Source: Terriglobia bacterium
GTDB taxonomy: Bacteria > Acidobacteriota > Polarisedimenticolia > Polarisedimenticolales > JAIQFR01
DNA length: 64,000 nucleotides
Reading direction: 5' to 3'
NCBI GenBank assembly: GCA_963748015.1
Contig: CAVVHE010000004.1
Coordinates: 1,856,001 to 1,920,000 of the forward strand
Below the pieces are notes generated by a model. That model searched no databases, had not been told where the DNA came from, and saw nothing but the letters and a program-made list of their open reading frames with translations. The translations under genes were made by a program, and so were the position numbers. Each line of letters begins with the position of its first letter. The stretch's first letter is position 1. Below, piece after piece: positions 10,520-19,902 of the stretch.

Positions 10520-11470
10520 ATGGGCCAAACCCTCGCCTCGATCCGCCTCCTCACGGTGCGCGCCGCGGGCGCGGCGCTTCTCGCCGCGACGCTCGTCGCC
10601 TGCGCGGCTCGGAAGGAGCCGACGGCGGTCCTGCCGACTCCGCCCCCGCCGGAGCCCCACGCCGTCAAGATCGCGCTCGTCCTCGGCGGCGGAGGGGCGC
10701 GCGGCTTCGCCCACGTCGGGGTCATCCGAGTGCTCGAGCAGGAGAAAATCCCGGTGGACATGGTCGTCGGGGCCAGCGCGGGGAGCCTCATCGGAGCGAT
10801 GTACGCCGACACCCGCGACTCGTTCGAGCTGGAAGCGACCGCCTGGCGGGTCGAGAAGGACGACATCTTCGACTGGTCCATCCTCGGGTCGACCCGGGGC
10901 CCGGTGACGGGAAAGGCCCTCGAAGATTTCGTCGCGAGCCACATCAAGGCCCAGACGATCGAGCAGCTCCGGATTCCGTTCGTCGCGGTCGCGACCGACC
11001 TCAAGACCGGCGAGGAGGTGGTCCTCGACCGCGGCCCCATCGGCCCCGCGATCCACGCTTCGAGCGCGATCCCCGGCCTGTTCCGTCCGGTCACGCTCGA
11101 CGGCCGCACCCTCGTGGACGGCGGCGTCGTCGACCCGCTGCCGGTTTCGGTCGCTCGCGCCCTTGGCGCCGACTTGGTGATCGCGGTGAACATCGGGATG
11201 GAGGTGGGCGGGGAGGAGCCGGGGAACGTCGCATCCATCTCCCTCCGCTGCATCGTGCTGCTCGGGCGCGAGCTCGCGCGCCTCAAGTCGGCGGGAGCCG
11301 ACGTTCTCATCTCGCCGAAGGTGGGAGAAACCAGCTCTCTCGACTTCTCGAAGAAGAAGGAGCTGATGACGGCCGGCGTCGCCGCCGCGCGGGAGGCGGT
11401 CCCCGCCATCCGGGAGGCGATCGCGCGGGCGGCGTCGCGGCCCGCGCCCGCCTCGTCTCACAGCCAGTAG
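10520..11470 (+). CDS. patatin-like phospholipase, probable lipoprotein
   Basis: LGGGGARG, GASAG nucleophile, DGG motif, lipobox LVAC. Confidence 0.9.
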   Translation: MGQTLASIRLLTVRAAGAALLAATLVACAARKEPTAVLPTPPPPEPHAVKIALVLGGGGARGFAHVGVIRVLEQEKIPVDMVVGASAGSLIGAMYADTRDSFELEATAWRVEKDDIFDWSILGSTRGPVTGKALEDFVASHIKAQTIEQLRIPFVAVATDLKTGEEVVLDRGPIGPAIHASSAIPGLFRPVTLDGRTLVDGGVVDPLPVSVARALGADLVIAVNIGMEVGGEEPGNVASISLRCIVLLGRELARLKSAGADVLISPKVGETSSLDFSKKKELMTAGVAAAREAVPAIREAIARAASRPAPASSHSQ

Positions 11471-12660
11471 CGCAGGAGCCCCGCGAGCCGCTCGAGCAGC
11501 TTCTCCTTCGCCGGACGGCGCCGCCAGGCGTCGAGCGTGACCTCCTCGGCAGCGGCGAACTCGCTTTCGAGTACCGCCGACGCGCGCCGCGCGGTGTCCG
11601 GGTCGAAGACGTTGACGGCGACCTCGAGGTTGTGGCGGAACGAGCGGTGATCGAGGTTCGCGGAGCCGGCGAGGAGGATCTCGTCGTCGAAGACCGCGGC
11701 CTTCGCGTGCAGCACGGAGCGGCGCGCCTCGCGGATCGAAACCCCGGCCTCGAGGAGGCGGCCGTACGAGGCGCGCCCGGCCCAGCGCACCGTCGGCACG
11801 TCGGTGACCCCGGGGAGCAGCAGCTCGACGCTCACCCCACGGCGGGCCGCCCGGCAGAGCGCCCGGCGGAGCGGCCGCTCGGGAGCGAAGTAGGCGTTCG
11901 CGAGGAGGATCCTGCGGCGCGCCGTCGCGATCAGCCCGAGATAGGACCGGCGCAACCCCCGGCGGCGGATGATCCCCTCACCCTCGACGATCTGCACTCC
12001 GGCCCGGCCCTGCTCGCGCCCGCTCTCGCCGAGGTCGCCGGCCGCGCCCTCGCTGCCGCCCGCGCGGATCCAGGTCCGGACGAACAGGCGCGACAGCTCC
12101 TTCGCCGCGGGCCCTTCGACACGAACCGCGAGATCGATCCAGGCCCGCTCCCCCGTGAACTCCTCGGTGTACGCCTCGGCGAGGTTCATGCCGCCGGCGA
12201 ACGCGCACGCGCCGTCCACGAGCACGAGCTTCCTGTGATCGCGCCGGTTCGGGAACCAGGCGGGGGTCCAGGGCGCGAGAGGGTGGAACCAACGCACCTC
12301 GGCGCCCGACTGCTCGAGCGACTCCATGAGGTCGCCGCTGCCGAGGCTTCCGAAAGAGTCCACGAGCACGAGGGTGCGCACCCCCTCGCGGGCCTTCGCC
12401 CGGATCGCCTCGGCGAACCGCCGTCCCACCCGGTCGTCGGCCCACGTGTACATCTCGACCGCGACCACCCGCGAGGCCCCGCGTATCGCGGCGAGCATGG
12501 ACTCGAACGCCAGGCGCCCCCCCTCGAGGAGCGTGACGCGATTCCCCCACAGCACCGGCGAGCCGCCGCGCCGCGCGAGGCGGTCGATCTGAGGCAGGCG
12601 CACGCGCCCGCGGAGCCGGCCGAGCCAGGGCGCGAGCGTATTGGCGCGGGTGGGGGGCAT
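11458..12660 (-). CDS. cardiolipin synthase-like phospholipase D (ClsB type)
   Basis: Two HKD motifs (RDHRKLVLVD, LHAKAAVFD), GSANLD; start MPPTR at 12660 with SD GAGGAG and TATAAT at 12691-12696. Confidence 0.88.
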   Translation of the reverse strand: MPPTRANTLAPWLGRLRGRVRLPQIDRLARRGGSPVLWGNRVTLLEGGRLAFESMLAAIRGASRVVAVEMYTWADDRVGRRFAEAIRAKAREGVRTLVLVDSFGSLGSGDLMESLEQSGAEVRWFHPLAPWTPAWFPNRRDHRKLVLVDGACAFAGGMNLAEAYTEEFTGERAWIDLAVRVEGPAAKELSRLFVRTWIRAGGSEGAAGDLGESGREQGRAGVQIVEGEGIIRRRGLRRSYLGLIATARRRILLANAYFAPERPLRRALCRAARRGVSVELLLPGVTDVPTVRWAGRASYGRLLEAGVSIREARRSVLHAKAAVFDDEILLAGSANLDHRSFRHNLEVAVNVFDPDTARRASAVLESEFAAAEEVTLDAWRRRPAKEKLLERLAGLLRYWL

Positions 12661-12739
12661 TCGGCTCCTCTGGACTCGCGGCGTCGGGGCATTATATTCG
12701 TGCGGGTAGGCGTGTATCGGGCCGGATGGAAGGGGTCCC

Positions 12740-13876
12740 ATGACGGTCTCCAACGGGCTCGCGCTGCTTTTCGCCTCGTTCGCCGCCCTCGCCGGAACCG
12801 CGGCCGAGGGGGGGACGCACCGCTACCTCCTCGACGTGACGGACGGAAGCGACTCCGCCTTCGAGATCGAATTCGAGGCGCCACACCCCGGAACGCTCGC
12901 CGTGGCGGCGGAGTGGGAGGGAACCCGCATCCTCTCCTTCCGTCTCGACGGGCCGGGAGAGCCCTCCTTCGTCGGGCGCCGCTCGGGCCCGTCACCCCAG
13001 CGGATGGAGGTGGCGTTCGCCGACGCCGCCCCGGCCGGGGGAAGGAAGCTCAAGCTGTCCATCCGCGCGCTTCCCGGGCGCGGCATCGCCAAGGGGACGC
13101 TGACCCTCGAGATTCCCGACGCTCCCGAGATCGTGGAAGAGCGGCGCAAGGCGGCCGAGCCTCCGCCGCCTCCGCCTCCCGAGCCGGACCCCTGGACCGT
13201 CCCGGCCAGGGCGCCGCAGGGAGCCTCTCCGGCCGTCGACCAACTGTTCGCGGCCGTAGAGCGCTACCGGGCGCTCGTCGTCGGGCGCGGCTTCGAGCCC
13301 CTCCCGGACGCCTGCGGCTGGCGCACGGACCTCCTCAAGCGGCTCGTGGAGTGGCGGGCCGGCGCGGCCGCCGGCCGGCCGGGGCCCGCGGTCCCCGAAA
13401 TGCGATACCTGGCGCGCCTCGCGGCCACTGCCCGGGAGGTGGACGGCCTGCGCGATTCCAAGGACCCGATCCTGAGCGGTCCCGTGCCCGAGGACTCGCT
13501 CCGCAAGCGCGCGTGGCTGCAGGTCCGGAAGGAGCAGATCCGTCCGCTCGAGAGGGAGCTCGATTCCCTGACCGAGTCGCTCCGCGGCGGGTTCGCCCCC
13601 GGGCTGAGGGACGAGGGTTGGCTACCCCGGCTCATCGCCTGCCTCACCGCATGCGAGCGTTACTTCGAGGAGCGGGTCCGCCTGGGCGAGGAGGAAGCCT
13701 CGAACGCCGATCTTGCCAAGACGCAGTGGGACTCGATCCTCGCGGCGGTGGACGCGCTGGAGAAGCTGGGACCGCCGCCCGACACCGCTCCCCGCGCCCG
13801 CGCCCGCCGCCGGGCAGCGCTGACCGTTCTGGCCCCCGTCCCCCGCCGGGGCTATGATCGGCGGGGGAAAACATGA
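12740..13876 (+). CDS. hypothetical exported protein
   Basis: Signal peptide, beta-rich N-domain, poly-Pro linker, helical C-domain; stop overlaps the next start (ATGA). Confidence 0.65.
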   Translation: MTVSNGLALLFASFAALAGTAAEGGTHRYLLDVTDGSDSAFEIEFEAPHPGTLAVAAEWEGTRILSFRLDGPGEPSFVGRRSGPSPQRMEVAFADAAPAGGRKLKLSIRALPGRGIAKGTLTLEIPDAPEIVEERRKAAEPPPPPPPEPDPWTVPARAPQGASPAVDQLFAAVERYRALVVGRGFEPLPDACGWRTDLLKRLVEWRAGAAAGRPGPAVPEMRYLARLAATAREVDGLRDSKDPILSGPVPEDSLRKRAWLQVRKEQIRPLERELDSLTESLRGGFAPGLRDEGWLPRLIACLTACERYFEERVRLGEEEASNADLAKTQWDSILAAVDALEKLGPPPDTAPRARARRRAALTVLAPVPRRGYDRRGKT

Positions 13877-15009
13877 AGGGACGTGTCGCCGCGCTCCGGG
13901 TCGAGCCCTCGACGATTCTCGAGTCGATCGAGCGCCTTTGCGGTCTGGCCGGGATGCGCGACGCGCTGGCCGCCGGCAGGACGACGATCCTCAAGGACAA
14001 CATCTCCTGGCACTACCCGTTCCCTGCCGCGAACACCACGCCTTGGCAGCTCGAGGGGACGATCCGCGCCCTGCGCGCCTCCGGACTCGGCGACCTGGTC
14101 TGCGTGCAGAACAAGACGGTGGTGACCGACGCGTTCAAGGGCGAGGACCTGAACCACTACCTTCCGATCCTCTCCGCGTACGGCGTGCCGGTCCGCTACA
14201 ACTTCCGCGAGCACGACATGGCGTGGGTGGAGTACCGGCCCAAGGCCCGGATGCACGTCCTCGACAAGATCTACCCGGACGGGATCCGGATCCCGGATTT
14301 CTTCCACGGGAAGAACATCGTCCACCTCCCCACGGTCAAGTGTCATATCTACTCGACGACCACGGGGGCGATGAAGAACGCGTTCGGCGGCCTGCTCCAC
14401 GACCACAGGCACTACACGCACTCGTGGATCCACCGGACGCTCGTGGACCTGCTCGCGATCCAGCGGGAGATCCACGGCGGGATCTTCGCCGTCACCGACG
14501 GCACGACCGCGGGGAACGGCCCCGGCCCGCGCACGATGCGCCCGGAGGTCAAGAACTGGATGCTCGCCTCCTCGGACCAGGTGGCGATCGACGCCGTGGC
14601 CGCGAAGATGATGGGGTTCGACCCGCTGTCGATCGAGTACATCCGCGTCGCGCACGAGGACGGCCTCGGTACCGGTGATCCCCGCGAGATCGAGGTGGTC
14701 GGCGACGACATCTCTCGCGAGTCGTGGGGCTTCGAGGTCGGGAACAACGGAGCGAGCCTCGTCGGCGGCCTGCTGTGGTTCTCGCCCCTCAAGCGGTTCC
14801 AGAAGCTGTTCTTCAGGACCCCGCTGGTGCACGGGTTCATCCTCGGCTCGGAGGTCTACCACGACTACTATCGCTGGCCGCTCCGCGACCGGGGCGTCTT
14901 CGAGCGATGGAAGCGGGAGACCGGCTGGGGACGCCTCTTCGAGGCCTACGAGAGGGGTCCGCAGGGCGCTCCCGCTCCCGCTCCCGCTCCCGCTCGCACC
15001 GGGGCGTAG
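13873..15009 (+). CDS. DUF362 domain protein
   Basis: ILKDN, HLPTVKCH..TTGAMKN, DGT.G.GP, DQVAIDA motifs. Confidence 0.85.
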   Translation: MKGRVAALRVEPSTILESIERLCGLAGMRDALAAGRTTILKDNISWHYPFPAANTTPWQLEGTIRALRASGLGDLVCVQNKTVVTDAFKGEDLNHYLPILSAYGVPVRYNFREHDMAWVEYRPKARMHVLDKIYPDGIRIPDFFHGKNIVHLPTVKCHIYSTTTGAMKNAFGGLLHDHRHYTHSWIHRTLVDLLAIQREIHGGIFAVTDGTTAGNGPGPRTMRPEVKNWMLASSDQVAIDAVAAKMMGFDPLSIEYIRVAHEDGLGTGDPREIEVVGDDISRESWGFEVGNNGASLVGGLLWFSPLKRFQKLFFRTPLVHGFILGSEVYHDYYRWPLRDRGVFERWKRETGWGRLFEAYERGPQGAPAPAPAPARTGA

Positions 15010-15057
15010 CGAGTCGGAGCCTCCCTTCCGAATTCGACCTTCGCGGTGGTGGCCGGC

Positions 15058-16344
15058 TCAGAAGCTGAGTTCGCCGTGCTCCGGGCGCAGGGTCGTGGCC
15101 TCGTTGGCGTGGAGGAAGCAGTCGATGGCGCGGCGGTCCTCCGGGCCGAACCGCTCGAACTCGATCCCCATGCCGGGGGCGCGCAGCACGGCGCCGGGCG
15201 CCGTCTCGGGGGGCACGGCGCGGACCACCCGGCCGATCACGTGCACGTTGCCCTGCACCGCGGGGAGCGGGAACGAGAGCGCGCAGCGCATCCCGATCTC
15301 GATCGGCGTCGGCGTCTCGACGAAGATGCCGCTGGGAGAAAGATCCCGCGTGAACCCCAGGAGCAGCGGCTGCTCGCCGTCGAAGTAGACGGGGGCGCGC
15401 AGCGGCACGCGCGGGCGCCGCAGGTAGCACCAGACCCGGTTCCGGCCGAGGGACCTGGCCTCGTCGAGCGCCTCGCGGGCTCGGGCGAGCAGGTCGGAGC
15501 CGCCGTCGGAATCCGCGGGGAACGAGGCCGCGCCGAGACTCAGCGTCACGTGCGTCGGGCCGTCGGGGTGATTGAGCCCGCTGAACCGGAACCGCTCCAC
15601 CGTCGAGCGCAGCCGGGCCGCGAACTGCCGGGCCTCGCCGCGTCCCGCGCCGGCCAGCAGCACGGCGAAATCGTCGTCGCCGAGGCGGGCCACGAAGATG
15701 CCCGCGTCCACGCTGGCCCGCAGGATCCCGGCCAGCTTGAGCAGGACCTCGTCCCCTGCCAGGCGTCCCAGGCGGTCGTTGACGTGGCGCAGGTGGTCCA
15801 CGTCGGCCAGCACGAGCGCCAGGGGCCGGGCCTCGCGGGTCGCATCCTCGATGGCGTCGGAGAGCATCTCGTCGAACGAGGCGCGATCGGCCAGCCCCGT
15901 CATCGGGTCGCGTCCGCCGGCGGCGGCCTCGACCTGAGGAGAGCCCGACTGCGCCAGGACGCGCAGGATCGAGACGGTCGTCCGCCCGCCACTGCCGGGC
16001 AGGCGCAACGCCTCGGCCTCGACCTCGACGACCTGCCCTTCGCGGCAGGCGAGCCTGAGAACGATCCTGGCCGAGTCCGCGTCGGAGTCGATCAGCGCTC
16101 CCCCGCCGGGCCGGATGGCCGCGGACGGCTCCGCCGCGTCCGGGCGGGCGATCGCGAGGACCAGGGGCCGGCTACGTCCCACGACCTCGATCGCGGGCCA
16201 GCCGGTGAGGTCCTCCATCCCCTGATCGAAACCGAGAACCGTGCCGTTGGCGTCCACGATGAACGACCCGCCCCCGGCGCTCCTGTGACGCCTGCCGGCG
16301 GTAGAAGAATGACCCCCGTTCCCCCCCCGATGCACCATCTCCAT
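15058..16344 (-). CDS. PAS - degenerate GGDEF - PilZ signalling protein
   Basis: PAS-like N-terminus (LTGWPAIEVVGR), DPMTGL..DVD..VNDRLG..AGD..RLGDDDF, C-terminal RRPRVP..RDLSPSGIFV..GMGIEF. Confidence 0.85.
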   Translation of the reverse strand: MEMVHRGGNGGHSSTAGRRHRSAGGGSFIVDANGTVLGFDQGMEDLTGWPAIEVVGRSRPLVLAIARPDAAEPSAAIRPGGGALIDSDADSARIVLRLACREGQVVEVEAEALRLPGSGGRTTVSILRVLAQSGSPQVEAAAGGRDPMTGLADRASFDEMLSDAIEDATREARPLALVLADVDHLRHVNDRLGRLAGDEVLLKLAGILRASVDAGIFVARLGDDDFAVLLAGAGRGEARQFAARLRSTVERFRFSGLNHPDGPTHVTLSLGAASFPADSDGGSDLLARAREALDEARSLGRNRVWCYLRRPRVPLRAPVYFDGEQPLLLGFTRDLSPSGIFVETPTPIEIGMRCALSFPLPAVQGNVHVIGRVVRAVPPETAPGAVLRAPGMGIEFERFGPEDRRAIDCFLHANEATTLRPEHGELSF

Positions 16345-16438
16345 GCCCTCCGCTTTCCTCATGATGTATAGGTTCCGCGAGCCCGCGGGGCAACACGGGC
16401 CCGGCGGCAGGTAGGCTCTCGCGGTAGAATCCGCACCT

Positions 16439-18471
16439 ATGCGCGCCCTCCGCACCGTCCTGTGGATCGCCGTCGCGACGCTCGGGGCCGCGGCGTTCGC
16501 CTCCCTGGCCCTGGCGCGCTCCGAGCCGGTCTCGGCCTCGCATCTCGTGGTCGCGGCCATCTGCACGTTCACGATCGGCTACCGGTTCTACTCGAAGTTC
16601 ATCGCCGCGCGGGTCCTGGCGCTCAACGACGACCGGGCGACCCCCGCGGTCCGCATCGCCGACGGGCGGGACTTCGTGCCGACGAACCGCTGGGTGGTCT
16701 TCGGCCACCACTTCGCCGCGATCGCGGGGCCGGGGCCCCTGGTGGGACCGATCCTCGCCGCCCAGTTCGGATACCTCCCGGGCGCGATCTGGATCCTCGC
16801 CGGCGTCGTGCTCGGCGGCGCGGTGCAGGACTTCGTGATCCTGGTGGCGAGCCTGAGGCGCGACGGCCGCTCCCTGGCGAAGCTCGCGCACGACTACCTC
16901 GGGCGGTGGGGCGCGATCGCGGGAACGCTAGGAATCCTGCTGATCATGGTGATCCTGATCGCCGTGCTCGGCCTCGTCGTGGTCAACGCGCTGGCCGAGT
17001 CGCCGTGGGGCGTGTTCACCGTCGGGGCGACGATCCCGATCGCGCTGATCATGGGCGTGGTGATGCGCGGGGGCCACGGCCGCCAGGTGCTCCTCGCGAC
17101 GGCGATCGGCGTCGGCCTCCTGGTCCTCGCCCTCGTCGGCGGGCGATGGGTCTCGGTGGACCCCGAGCTCTCCGCCGCGTTCTCGCTCGGGGAGATTGCC
17201 GCTCGCCTGGGCGGTGATGCTCTACGGCCTCGCGGCGTCGGTGCTGCCGGTCTGGCTCCTTCTCGCCCCGCGGGACTACCTCTCGACGTTCGTGAAGCTC
17301 GGCACGGTGTTCCTCCTCGCGGTCGGGATCCTCGTCGTCCGCCCCGAGCTCCACATGCCGGCCCTGACGCGCTTCGCGGACGGGACCGGCCCGATCTTCG
17401 GCGGGAAGATCTTCCCGTTCTGCTTCATCACGATCGCGTGCGGGGCGATCTCGGGGTTCCACTCGCTGATCGCGAGCGGCACGACGCCCAAGCTACTGAA
17501 GCGCGAGACGGACGCCCGGATGATCGGCTACGGCGGGATGCTCCTCGAGAGCCTGGTGGCGATCATGGCGCTCGTCGCGGCGACGTCGCTCCCCCCGGGC
17601 CAGTACTTCGCCATCAACTCGACGAAGGGGGTCGAGTGGATCGCCGCAGCAGGGGTTCCCGGTCACGGCCGGGGAGATGCAGGAGCTGGCGGACCGCGTC
17701 GGCGAGAAGTCGGTCCTCGGCCGGACCGGGGGCGCGCCGTGTCTCGCCGTCGGCATGGCCGAGATCTTCCGCCGGTTCCTCGGCGGCGAGCGGTTCGCTG
17801 CGCTCTGGTACCACTTCGCGATCATGTTCGAGGCGCTGTTCATCCTGACCACGCTCGACGCGGGGACCCGCGTCGGGCGGTACCTGCTGCAGGACGCCCT
17901 CCTCCGGGTCGCGCCGCGCCTCTCGGGGTCCGGGTGGGCGGCCAACGTCGTCACCAGCACGGCGTTCGTCGCGGCCTGGGGGTACTTCCTGCACGCGGGG
18001 GTCGTGGACCCGAGCGGCGGCGTGTGGATCCTCTGGCCGCTGTTCGGCATCGCGAACCAGCTTCTCGCCGCCACCGCCCTGACGATCGCGGCGACGATCT
18101 TCTTCAGGACGGGCAGGGCGCGTTACGCTTGGGTGCCGCTGGTCCCGCTGGCGTTCCTCCTCTCCGTGACGCTCACGGCGGGGTTCCAGAAGATCTTCCA
18201 CCCCGATCCCCGGATCGGCTTCCTTGCCCTGGCGAGCGCGCCGGGGACGGGAGCGGTGGCGGCGTTCAACGCCCGGCTCGACGCGGCGATGGCCGCGGTG
18301 TTCCTGGTTCTCGTGGTGACGGTCGTGATCTCGGCCGCCCGCCAGTGGGCGCTCGTGCTGCTCCGGCGGATCCCGGTCGAGCCCGAATCACCGCCGCTTC
18401 CCGGCGAGGGGGGCGGCCGGACCGTGTTCGGCGAAGTGCCCGCGGTCGGTGGGCGGCACCGATGTTGCTGA
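16439..18471 (+). CDS. cstA: carbon starvation protein A (CstA family peptide/pyruvate transporter), apparent frameshifts near 17198 and 17650
   Basis: [82 protein letters not shown] across three frames. Confidence 0.9.
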
Positions 18472-18478
18472 CTTCAGG

Positions 18479-18642
18479 CCCGGCAGTTCGTCCTCGAGTT
18501 CGGCCCTTCGCGGCCCTGTTTTCGAGCGACCGTCTCTTCCCTGGACGGCCGCTCGAAAACCGGAGCAAGGCGGCGCGGCGATCTACGCCGCGCAACGCCG
18601 CCGCGTGCCGCGAAGGGCCGAACTCGAGGACGAACTGCCGGG
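18479..18642. repeat. structured dispersed repeat, copy 1 (perfect 36-bp terminal inverted repeat around a 92-bp two-hairpin core)
   Basis: Arms 18479-18514 and 18607-18642 are exact reverse complements; core is 82/92 identical to the reverse complement of 59916-60007. Confidence 0.9.
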
Positions 18643-18685
18643 TGGCGTCGAGAGGGGAAATGTTCGATTCCCGGAGGTGACGACG

Positions 18686-19879
18686 ATGAGCAACCCGATG
18701 GTGTCCGAGAAGCTCGAGCAGGTGCCGGCGATCCTGAAGGAGACCGGCTTCGACGCGTGGCTGCTGTTCGCGCGCGAGACCCACACGCTCCACGACCCGT
18801 GCTTCGACCTCGTGGTCGGGGCGAACGTGGTCTGGCCCGCGGCCTTCCTGCTCACCGCTTCAGGAGAGAAGATGGCGATCGTCGGGAGCCTCGACAAGGC
18901 CGGCCTCGCGATGCACGGGCACTTCCCCGACATCGTCGGTTACGTGGGCGGGATCGGGGAAAGCCTGAGGCAGGCTATCGCCCGGCTCGATCCCAGGCGG
19001 GTCGCGATCAACTACTCGGTGGACGACGTCATGTCCGACGGCCTGACCCACGGGTCGTACCTGATCCTCCAGAAGGCGCTCGAGGGAACCCCTTACGGCT
19101 CGCGTCTCCACTCGTCCGAGCGGATCGTGGCGGCGCTGCGCGGCCGGAAGTCGGCCACCGAGCAGGCCCGGATTCGCGCGGCGTGCGAGGTCACGATCGA
19201 GATCTTCGATCGTCTCACCCCCCGCCTGCGCGCGGGGCTGACCGAGAAGCAGGTCGCGGCGATCATCCGCGAGGAAAGAGACCGCTTCGAGGGGTTGACA
19301 CCCGCCTGGGACGAGGAGCAGTGCCCCGCGGTGTTCACCGGCCCCGAATCGGCGGGGGCACACGCGGGACCCACCGACCGCCCGATCGAGCCCGGCCACG
19401 TGATGAACGTGGACTTCGGCGTGCGGAAGGACGGGTACTGCTCGGACCTCCAGAGGACCTGGTACTTCCTTAAGCCCGGCGAGACGGCCGCTCCCGACGC
19501 GGTGCAGCGCGGCTTCGACACGATCGTCGAGGCGATCCGCCAGGCTGCGAAGGCTCTCAGGCCGGGGCGCACCGGCGAGGAGATCGACACGATCGCGCGG
19601 TCCCACATCACGGGCCGGGGGTACCCGGAATACCAGCACGCCCTCGGCCACCAGATCGGGCGCGACGCGCACGACGGCGCGGGGCTGCTCTGCCCGCGCT
19701 GGGAGCGCTACGGCAGCCTGGCGGACCTCAAGATCGAGGCGGGCCAGTGCTACACGATCGAGCCGCGCCTCCCGATCGAGGGGCACGGGATCGCGACCTG
19801 CGAGGAGATCGTCGCGGTGACCGAGACCGGCTGCGTCTTCCTGAGCCGGCCCCAGAACGAGCTGTACCTCGTGAAGTAG
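18686..19879 (+). CDS. M24 family Xaa-Pro aminopeptidase/dipeptidase
   Basis: DFG..GYCSDLQRT, HALGHQIG..HD, TIEP, EE metal ligands; SD GGAGG before ATG 18686. Confidence 0.9.
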   Translation: MSNPMVSEKLEQVPAILKETGFDAWLLFARETHTLHDPCFDLVVGANVVWPAAFLLTASGEKMAIVGSLDKAGLAMHGHFPDIVGYVGGIGESLRQAIARLDPRRVAINYSVDDVMSDGLTHGSYLILQKALEGTPYGSRLHSSERIVAALRGRKSATEQARIRAACEVTIEIFDRLTPRLRAGLTEKQVAAIIREERDRFEGLTPAWDEEQCPAVFTGPESAGAHAGPTDRPIEPGHVMNVDFGVRKDGYCSDLQRTWYFLKPGETAAPDAVQRGFDTIVEAIRQAAKALRPGRTGEEIDTIARSHITGRGYPEYQHALGHQIGRDAHDGAGLLCPRWERYGSLADLKIEAGQCYTIEPRLPIEGHGIATCEEIVAVTETGCVFLSRPQNELYLVK

Positions 19880-19902
19880 GGGGTCGGAGGTCGCCCGCCG
19901 CC

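Noticed and set aside
9973..13857. Very long Arg/Ala/Pro-rich ORFs (this one, 56920-60195, 40353-43175, 8344-11409 and others)
   Set aside because: Shadow or antisense frames of real genes; expected in high-GC DNA with few stop codons.
14967..14995. (GCTCCC)n microsatellite
   Set aside because: In-frame 6-bp unit encoding an APAPAPAP tail, so slippage would not shift the frame.
18469..18520. Selenocysteine read-through of the cstA TGA using the following hairpin
   Set aside because: The hairpin belongs to the dispersed repeat, and the read-through peptide does not look like a protein domain.
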